Shown piece after piece: positions 57,753-64,000 of a stretch of 64,000 nt of DNA. The notes below the pieces were generated by a model. That model was not told the origin of the DNA. It saw nothing but the letters and a program-made list of their open reading frames with translations, and ran no database searches. Each line of letters begins with the position of its first letter. Position 1 is the stretch's first letter. The stretch is from Alphaproteobacteria bacterium (GTDB taxonomy: Bacteria; Pseudomonadota; Alphaproteobacteria; SHVR01): NCBI GenBank assembly GCA_009694185.1, contig SHVR01000005.1:10468-74467 (forward strand). The letters run 5' to 3'. The position numbers and the translations under genes are program-made.

Positions 57753-58886
57753 CTAGCCGACGATCTGCCGGACAAATTCGACCACCCGGAAATGCACCAA
57801 GTCATTCCAGGTGGCAAACAGCATCAGGGCGATCACCAGGGCAAAACCAACCCGTAGACCATATTCCTGGGCGCGCGCACCGAGCGGTCGGCCCCGCATT
57901 GCCTCGATGATGTAGAAAACCAGATGGCCGCCATCCAGCATGGGCACCGGAAACAGGTTGATCAGGCCGAGATTGATCGAGAGCAGGGCCAGGAAGTTGA
58001 CGATCGCGACCAACCCGGCCTGGGTCGCCTCGCCCGACACATAGCCGATCCGGAGGATGCCGCCGATCTCGTTGGCGGGCCGGGTTCCGGCGATCATCTG
58101 GCCAACCACCTTCAAGATCATGGCGCTCATGTCATAGGTGTGTTCGCCCGCGCGCAGGACCGCCGTCAGCGGATCGTGGCGGACGACCCCGATGTCGGTG
58201 CGCGAAATGCCAAGCTGGCCAATGACTTGTATGTTGCCAAGCCGGTCCTTGAGTTCGATCGCCGCCGGGGTCACTCTTAGTCGGATTTCGCCGCCCTCGC
58301 GCCCCAGGACCATGTCGAGCGGTACACCGGGCTGAACCTGCACGATGCGTTGAATGTCCTCGAACCGCCGGACGGTCTGGCCGTCGAGGTTCAGCACCCG
58401 GTCGCCGACCTGGAGACCCGCGGCCTCGGCGGCGCTGCCCGGTACCACCGCGCCCACTTCCGGCGGCGTGAAGGGCTGACCGGCCGTCGCGAACAACAGG
58501 GCGTAGACGATCAGGGCGAACAGGAAGTTCGCCGCCGGTCCGGCCAAGACGATGGCCGCCCGCTGCCCGAGCGACTTGTACTGGAAGGCGACGGTGCGCT
58601 CGTCCGGCGTCAACTCGGTGGCTGGCTCACCCGGCATGCTGGCCGCGTTGGTGTCACCCGCCATCTTGACATAGCCACCGAGCGGGACGGCACTGATCCG
58701 CCAGCGCGTGCCGGCCCGATCGTTCCAACCGAACAACTCGGGGCCGAAACCGATTGAGAACACCTCAACCCGCACGCCGCACCGTCGCGCGACCCAGTAG
58801 TGACCCAGCTCGTGAACGAACACGAGAATGGTCAGCACCACCAGGAAGGGGAGGACGTAATTCCACAGGCTTGCAAGCAAATCCAT
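57753..58886 (-). CDS. rseP: RIP zinc metalloprotease RseP
   Basis: HELGHY zinc motif, a PDZ domain, and the LDGG motif (LFPVPMLDGGH). Confidence 0.93.
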   Translation of the reverse strand: MDLLASLWNYVLPFLVVLTILVFVHELGHYWVARRCGVRVEVFSIGFGPELFGWNDRAGTRWRISAVPLGGYVKMAGDTNAASMPGEPATELTPDERTVAFQYKSLGQRAAIVLAGPAANFLFALIVYALLFATAGQPFTPPEVGAVVPGSAAEAAGLQVGDRVLNLDGQTVRRFEDIQRIVQVQPGVPLDMVLGREGGEIRLRVTPAAIELKDRLGNIQVIGQLGISRTDIGVVRHDPLTAVLRAGEHTYDMSAMILKVVGQMIAGTRPANEIGGILRIGYVSGEATQAGLVAIVNFLALLSINLGLINLFPVPMLDGGHLVFYIIEAMRGRPLGARAQEYGLRVGFALVIALMLFATWNDLVHFRVVEFVRQIVG

Positions 58887-58959
58887 GACGACTCTTCTAA
58901 TGATAAACGACCGATTTACCTAGCCCGGATTTCGTCCCGCGCCGCGACGACGCGGATGA

Positions 58960-60147
58960 TCAGTCGGCCGCCACCGCGACGCGCGTGAAGCTCGCCGCCA
59001 CCCGGCGCGCCTCGGCGTCAAGGGCCCGGACATCGTCCAGGCTGGCGAACGGGTGGGTGGCAATATCGGCAAGAGTACGCTCGACAATTGCAGTAATTTC
59101 CAGAAACCCGATCCGGCCGGTGAGGAAAGCCTGGACGGCAACCTCGTTAGCGGCATTGAGGACGGTCGGATCGGAGCCACCCCGCCGCAACGCCTCGCGG
59201 GCGAGCCGCAAGGCCGGAAAAGCCGCCGGGTCCGGCTCCTCGAAGGTAAGTTCGCGTACCCGCACTAAGTCAAGGCGGACATCGGAGACCGGCATGCGAT
59301 CCGGCCAGGCCAGCGCCACCGCGATCGGCGTGCGCATATCGGGGGTTCCAAGCTGCGCCAAGGTGGAGCCATCCACATAGGCGACCAGGCTATGAATGAT
59401 CGACTGGGGGTGGACCAGCACCTCGATTCGCGCCTCCGGAACGGGAAACAGATGGTGCGCCTCGATCACTTCGAGGCCCTTGTTCATCATGGTCGCGGAG
59501 TCGACGGAAATCTTGGCCCCCATGTCCCAGTTCGGGTGGGCCACCGCTTCGGCCGGCGTGACGTTCGCCATCTCCGCCCGTGAACGACCGCGGAACGGTC
59601 CCCCGGACGCCGTGAGAATAAGCCGGTCGACCGTTTCGGGCCGCTCGAAATCGAACACCTGGAAGATGGCGCTATGCTCGGAATCCACCGGCAGCAGGGT
59701 GGCGCCATGGGCTCGAGCCGCCGCCATGACCAGATCGCCGGCGCACACCAGGCACTCCTTGTTGGCAAGGCCCACCGTGGCGCCGCGCCGGATCGCGGCC
59801 AGCGTCGGCTCCAGCCCGGCGGCACCCACAATCGCCGCCATGACCCAATCGGCCGGCCGCTCGGCCGCCTCGACCAGGGCCTGGCGCCCGGCGGCCACTA
59901 TGATGCCGGTGCCGGCGAGGCCATCGGCCAGGTCGCGGTAGCGCTGGGGATCGGCCACGGCAACGAAACGCGGCCTGAGCCGCCGCGCCTGATCGATGAC
60001 GGTTGCGACATTGCCGTTCGCCGTCAGCGCCTCAACCCGAAAGGCGTCCGGGTCGGCGGCGAGCGCATCCGCGATCAAGTCCACGGTGTTGCAGCCGACC
60101 GATCCGGTCGAGCCGAGGATCGTCACCGACCTCGGCCGAATTTTCAT
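58960..60147 (-). CDS. dxr: 1-deoxy-D-xylulose-5-phosphate reductoisomerase
   Basis: ILGSTGSVG NADPH-binding motif and LANKE/SEHSA catalytic motifs. The start may instead be the ATG at 60165. Confidence 0.93.
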   Translation of the reverse strand: MKIRPRSVTILGSTGSVGCNTVDLIADALAADPDAFRVEALTANGNVATVIDQARRLRPRFVAVADPQRYRDLADGLAGTGIIVAAGRQALVEAAERPADWVMAAIVGAAGLEPTLAAIRRGATVGLANKECLVCAGDLVMAAARAHGATLLPVDSEHSAIFQVFDFERPETVDRLILTASGGPFRGRSRAEMANVTPAEAVAHPNWDMGAKISVDSATMMNKGLEVIEAHHLFPVPEARIEVLVHPQSIIHSLVAYVDGSTLAQLGTPDMRTPIAVALAWPDRMPVSDVRLDLVRVRELTFEEPDPAAFPALRLAREALRRGGSDPTVLNAANEVAVQAFLTGRIGFLEITAIVERTLADIATHPFASLDDVRALDAEARRVAASFTRVAVAAD

Positions 60148-60161
60148 CCCCCCCGGCGTCG

Positions 60162-60980
60162 TCATACCCACCTCCATCCGGCAATCCATAAGGCGCACAC
60201 CGTTACGGCCGCGACCAGCAAACCGTCGATCCGGTCGAGTAAACCGCCGTGGCCCGGAATTAAGCGGCCCGTATCCTTGACCGCGAAATGCCGCTTGGCC
60301 GACGACTCAACCAAATCACCCGCGCTCGTGGCCACCGCCAGGACGAACCCCACCAGACCGGCCCATGCCAGCCGCTCGATACCGAATAGACCGGCAACCA
60401 CCACCGCCGCAAGTGTCGCGGCGCCCAACCCACCGATCACGCCGGACCAGGTTTTACCCGGACTGATGGCCGGAGCCAGTCGCGGCCCCCCGACCGAGCG
60501 CCCAATGGCGTAGGCGCCGGAATCGGCGGCCCAAACCACGAGAAACAACCATATCACCATGTCGCGGCCGGCGGCCGGTTCATAACGGAGCCAAATCAGC
60601 GCCACGGCGGGAACCGCCAGATAGATACCGCCGACGGCAAGCCAAGTCGGGCTCGGGTGCTGGAACCAGCGCCCCGCGAGAAGGACCGCCACCGCCGCGC
60701 TAACCACCAAACCCGCCGCGTAATATCCGAAAACCGCCAGAAGTGTGCCCCCGAGACACCCCACCACGGCGATCCAGCCGGCGGCGGCGATCTCGCCCGG
60801 TGTACAGAGCCTCGCCCACTCGAAGCCGGCGATGCCGATTGACAGCAGCACCAGAAGGTCGAACCAGGGCCGGCCGAGATAGACAAGCAGGAGCACCAGC
60901 GGACCGACCACCAGTGCCGATGCGAGCCGCAGCCAGAGTTCGCCGAGTTGCCGCGACCGCGCCTCAACCAACAGATGCAC
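60162..60980 (-). CDS. cdsA: phosphatidate cytidylyltransferase
   Basis: It has multiple TM helices and the CdsA signature (SAKRHFAVKDTGRLIPGHGGLLDRIDG). The exact start is uncertain: the track ORF runs into uppS, so a GTG or TTG near 60980 is likely. Confidence 0.8.
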   Translation of the reverse strand: MHLLVEARSRQLGELWLRLASALVVGPLVLLLVYLGRPWFDLLVLLSIGIAGFEWARLCTPGEIAAAGWIAVVGCLGGTLLAVFGYYAAGLVVSAAVAVLLAGRWFQHPSPTWLAVGGIYLAVPAVALIWLRYEPAAGRDMVIWLFLVVWAADSGAYAIGRSVGGPRLAPAISPGKTWSGVIGGLGAATLAAVVVAGLFGIERLAWAGLVGFVLAVATSAGDLVESSAKRHFAVKDTGRLIPGHGGLLDRIDGLLVAAVTVCALWIAGWRWV

Positions 60981-61695
60981 CGTAGCGGCGGTGCCGGCGA
61001 TAAAATTCACGAATGGCATCCTCCAAATCGCGTTTCGTGAAGTCGGGCCACAACGTGTCGAGAAACACCAGCTCCGCATAGGCCGCCTGCCAGAGGAGGA
61101 AATTGCTTAATCGCTTCTCCCCGCTCGTCCGGATGACGAGGTCCGGGTCTGGGATGCCAGCCGTCGCCAACTGGCTCTCGACAAGCGCTTCCGTGATATC
61201 GTCAGCCCGCAAGCGGCCCGCCCGGACCGATTCGGCGATGGCACGCACGGCCTCCGTAATCTCGCCTCGGCTGCCATAACTCAGCGCCATGATGACCTGG
61301 ATACCGCGATTATCGCGGGTGAGCGCCTCGCTATTCTCGATCAGGCCGACAATATCGTTCGGCAGCCGCTGGCGATCGCCGATGACGCGCAGCCGGACAT
61401 TGTTGGCGTGCAAGTCGGCAACTTCGCTTTGCAGATAGCGGCGCAATAGCGCCATCAGTTCGCTCACCTCCTCCAACGGCCGCCGCCAATTCTCGGACGA
61501 GAAGCTGTAGAGGGTCAGGTATTCAATGCCGAGTTCGGCGGCGCTCCGCACCGCCGCGCGCGCCGCATCGGTGCCCCGGCGATGGCCCATCACGCGGGGC
61601 AGGCCGCGTGCCCGCGCCCACCGGCCGTTGCCATCCATGATGATCGCGACATGCCGCGGCGGCGCCATGGGGTCCGTCGATGACGCTGCTTCCAT
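60964..61695 (-). CDS. uppS: undecaprenyl diphosphate synthase
   Basis: It starts HVAIIMDGNGRWA and has ENW...RP...L and RTSGE.R.S.F.LWQ. Confidence 0.95.
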   Translation of the reverse strand: MEAASSTDPMAPPRHVAIIMDGNGRWARARGLPRVMGHRRGTDAARAAVRSAAELGIEYLTLYSFSSENWRRPLEEVSELMALLRRYLQSEVADLHANNVRLRVIGDRQRLPNDIVGLIENSEALTRDNRGIQVIMALSYGSRGEITEAVRAIAESVRAGRLRADDITEALVESQLATAGIPDPDLVIRTSGEKRLSNFLLWQAAYAELVFLDTLWPDFTKRDLEDAIREFYRRHRRYGASVG

Positions 61696-61698
61696 GGA

Positions 61699-62268
61699 TC
61701 AAACGTGCAGGATCTCTCGCTCTTTATGGGCGAGAGTGTCGTCGACGATCTTGATGTTCTGGTCGGTGGCCTTCTGGATCTCGTCTGAGAAGTGGCGATG
61801 CTCGTCCTTCGATATCTCTCCGTCCTTCTCGCTGCGCTTCAACTTTTCCATGCCGTCGCGCCGCACGTTGCGCACGGCGACGCGGGCCTGTTCGCTGTAT
61901 TTGTGGGCGACCTTGACGAGTTCGCGCCGGCGCTCCTCGCTGAGTTCCGGGATCGGCACGCGCAGCACCTGGCCCTCGACTTTGGGGTTCAAGCCCAGGC
62001 TGGACTCGCGAATCGCACGATCGACGGCCTGCACCAGGCCGCGGTCCCAGACCTGCACGGTCAGCATTCGCGCCTCGGGCGCGCTGATCGTGCCGACCTG
62101 GGTAATCGGCATTTTCGCGCCATAGGCCTCGACCGAGAGCGGCTCTAGCAGGCTGACCGACGCCCGACCCGTCCGCAGTCCCGAAAATTCCCGCTTCAGA
62201 GCCTCAATGGCCCCCGCCATCCGGCGTTTCACGTCTTCCAATTCGGCTTTGGGCACGGCATCACCCAT
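61699..62268 (-). CDS. frr: ribosome recycling factor
   Basis: Full-length RRF pattern (...R.G.A...LL....V..YG...P..Q...), 189 aa. Confidence 0.95.
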   Translation of the reverse strand: MGDAVPKAELEDVKRRMAGAIEALKREFSGLRTGRASVSLLEPLSVEAYGAKMPITQVGTISAPEARMLTVQVWDRGLVQAVDRAIRESSLGLNPKVEGQVLRVPIPELSEERRRELVKVAHKYSEQARVAVRNVRRDGMEKLKRSEKDGEISKDEHRHFSDEIQKATDQNIKIVDDTLAHKEREILHV

Positions 62269-62989
62269 TATCCTGGCAGATCACGGTAAACCTCCCCTCG
62301 CCCCGCATGACCGCCGGGAAGGCTCCCGCATTGTGTATCGAAAACACCAAGATAGGAATCTTGTTCTCCCGAGCCAGCGAGATGGCGGATGCGTCCATCA
62401 CCTGTAGGTCGCGGGAAAGCACGTCCATGTAGGTCAATCGTTCGTGGCGCTCGGCCCCGGGATTCTTGATCGGATCGGCGCTGTAGACACCGTCGACATG
62501 GGTTCCCTTGAGAAGGGCGTCACAGCCCATTTCCGAAGCCCGCAACGCCGCCGCCGTGTCGGTGGTGAAGAACGGGTTGCCCGTTCCGGCCGCAAAGACC
62601 ACGACGCGGCCTTTTTCCATATGGCGTTGGGCGCGGCGGCGGATATAGGGCTCGCAGAGGCTCGCCATCGGGATCGCCGATTGGACGCGGGTCGGCTGAC
62701 CCTGGGATTCCAGCGCGCTCTGTAGTGCCAACGCGTTGATGACCGTGGCGAGCATGCCCATATAGTCCCCGGTCGCCCGATCCATGCCCCAGCCGACCGC
62801 GGACGATCCGCGAAAGATATTGCCGCCACCAACGACAACGCAGACTTCCGTGCCCAGACGCTGCACCTCGGCCACGTCGATGGCAATCCGCCGCACCGTT
62901 TCCGCGCTGATGCCGAATTGTTGCTCGCCCATCAAGGCTTCGCCGGATACCTTCAGCAAAACCCGTCGGTAAAGCGGTGTGCCGGCCAT
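62261..62989 (-). CDS. pyrH: UMP kinase
   Basis: It starts [11 protein letters not shown] and has VVGGGN.FRG and [10 protein letters not shown]. The ATG is at 62989. Confidence 0.95.
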   Translation of the reverse strand: MAGTPLYRRVLLKVSGEALMGEQQFGISAETVRRIAIDVAEVQRLGTEVCVVVGGGNIFRGSSAVGWGMDRATGDYMGMLATVINALALQSALESQGQPTRVQSAIPMASLCEPYIRRRAQRHMEKGRVVVFAAGTGNPFFTTDTAAALRASEMGCDALLKGTHVDGVYSADPIKNPGAERHERLTYMDVLSRDLQVMDASAISLARENKIPILVFSIHNAGAFPAVMRGEGRFTVICQDNG

Positions 62990-63030
62990 GTTCTTGCCCC
63001 GTGTTCCGACCCTGGCGGCAGCCCGCTGAC

Positions 63031-63957
63031 TCAATTCTTGAGGGTCGCCGCCACCTCGGCCGCAAAATCCGTCGGCGGCTTTTCGATGCCCTCCCCGAGC
63101 ACGAAGCGAACGAAACCCGTGCAAGCGATGGGTTTGCCGGCTTCCTTTGCCGCCTCCTCAAGGACCTTCTTCACCTTCTTGTTGGGGTCGAGCACCCAGG
63201 CCTGCTCGGGCAGGACGACTTCCTCGTAATACTTGCGGAGCCGTCCCTCAACCATCTTCTCGACGATCGCCTCGGCCTTGCCACTCGCCCTCGCCTGCTC
63301 GGCCAGGACCGCGCGTTCGCGATCGAGGGCGGACCGGTCGACATCGGCGACGTTGAGCCATTGCGGGTTGGCCGCCGCCACATGCATGGCGAGTTGCCGG
63401 CAGAGTGCCGCCAACTTGTCGTTGGGCGCCGCACTTTCCAAGGCCACCAGAACGCCGATCTTGCCGAGACCCGGCGCCGCACTGTTATGGACGTAGCTCG
63501 CGACAACGCCCTCGCCAACCTTGAGCGATCGAGAGCGGCGCAGGTTCATATTCTCGCCGATGGTGCCGATGAGCTGGGCGAGTTCGGTCGCCACATCGCG
63601 GCCGCTACCCGGGTAGGCCGAGGTCAACAGTGTTTCGAGATTGCCGTTCGCCTCGACCGCGAGCATGCTCGCCGTGCGCACGAACGCCTGGAAGGTCTCG
63701 TTACGGGCGACGAAATCGGTTTCGGAATTGACCTCGACCACGGCGCCTACGGACCCCGCGACCGCCACACCCACCAGTCCCTCGGCGGCCACGCGGCCCG
63801 CTTTCTTGGCTGCCGCGGCAAGGCCCTTCTTGCGCAGCCAATCGACGGCCGCCTCCATGTCGCCGCCGGTCTCGGCCAGCGCCTTCTTGCAGTCCATCAT
63901 GCCGGCGCCGGTCTTCTCGCGAAGATCGCGCACCAGGGATGCGGTTATTTCAGCCAT
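63031..63957 (-). CDS. tsf: translation elongation factor Ts
   Basis: The N-terminal UBA-like [16 protein letters not shown] is present and the full EF-Ts is there. rpsB is expected just beyond the window end. Confidence 0.95.
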   Translation of the reverse strand: MAEITASLVRDLREKTGAGMMDCKKALAETGGDMEAAVDWLRKKGLAAAAKKAGRVAAEGLVGVAVAGSVGAVVEVNSETDFVARNETFQAFVRTASMLAVEANGNLETLLTSAYPGSGRDVATELAQLIGTIGENMNLRRSRSLKVGEGVVASYVHNSAAPGLGKIGVLVALESAAPNDKLAALCRQLAMHVAAANPQWLNVADVDRSALDRERAVLAEQARASGKAEAIVEKMVEGRLRKYYEEVVLPEQAWVLDPNKKVKKVLEEAAKEAGKPIACTGFVRFVLGEGIEKPPTDFAAEVAATLKN

Positions 63958-64000
63958 GTCTTAAATCCCGATACCGTCACCATCAACCCGGCTCGCTCAC

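Overview
High-GC (~67%) alphaproteobacterial chromosomal window. Evidence for the phylum: PdhB carries an N-terminal lipoyl domain, the gene order hfq-hflX / ntrBC-ntrYX / eno-ftsB-pdhABC-lpd / lpxD-fabZ-lpxA-lpxI-lpxB is typical, and the SOS box is of the GAAC-N7-GAAC type. Almost the whole window is a densely packed, syntenic housekeeping core. From start to end it contains: metG(3' end)-tatD-MBL hydrolase-mazG; hfq-hflX with a D-aminotransferase and a HAD hydrolase; the ntrB-ntrC-ntrY-ntrX two-component cascade; ispDF-pgpA-cinA; lipA plus an SRPBCC protein; the eno-ftsB-pdhA-pdhB-pdhC-lpd block followed by kdsA-pyrG-secG-tpiA; ppiD-trpE, then trpG-trpD-trpC-moaC-moeA; lexA, comEC, gltX, gltA; gloA-lpxB-lpxI-lpxA-fabZ-lpxD-ompH-bamA-rseP-dxr-cdsA-uppS-frr-pyrH-tsf. 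Many junctions are translationally coupled 1-4 nt overlaps (TAATG, ATGA). I found no rRNA, tRNA, CRISPR array, transposase or integrase. Several small non-core insertions stand out. (1) A 1123-aa SAM / class III nucleotidyl cyclase / STAND ATPase / TPR protein sits between moeA and lexA. Its effector-NTPase-sensor layout is NLR/Avs-like. (2) A ~130-bp intergenic repeat occurs in two copies (about 82% identical), each immediately upstream of a minus-strand gene. (3) A three-gene insertion (solo higA-like XRE antitoxin, LLM flavin oxidoreductase, divergent polysaccharide deacetylase) splits trpE from trpGDC. (4) An orphan groES with no groEL lies directly downstream of hfq-hflX, together with an IMPase-family gene and a small membrane protein. 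(5) A pentapeptide-repeat gene fused to lipA is split into two ORFs. I also saw AT-rich palindromic promoter islands containing recurring ATTGC...GCAAT and CATAAT...ATTATG motifs, a clean LexA box, and one clear intrinsic terminator. The ORF track shows TTG/GTG starts as M. The many long antisense or alternate-frame ORFs are GC-driven artefacts.
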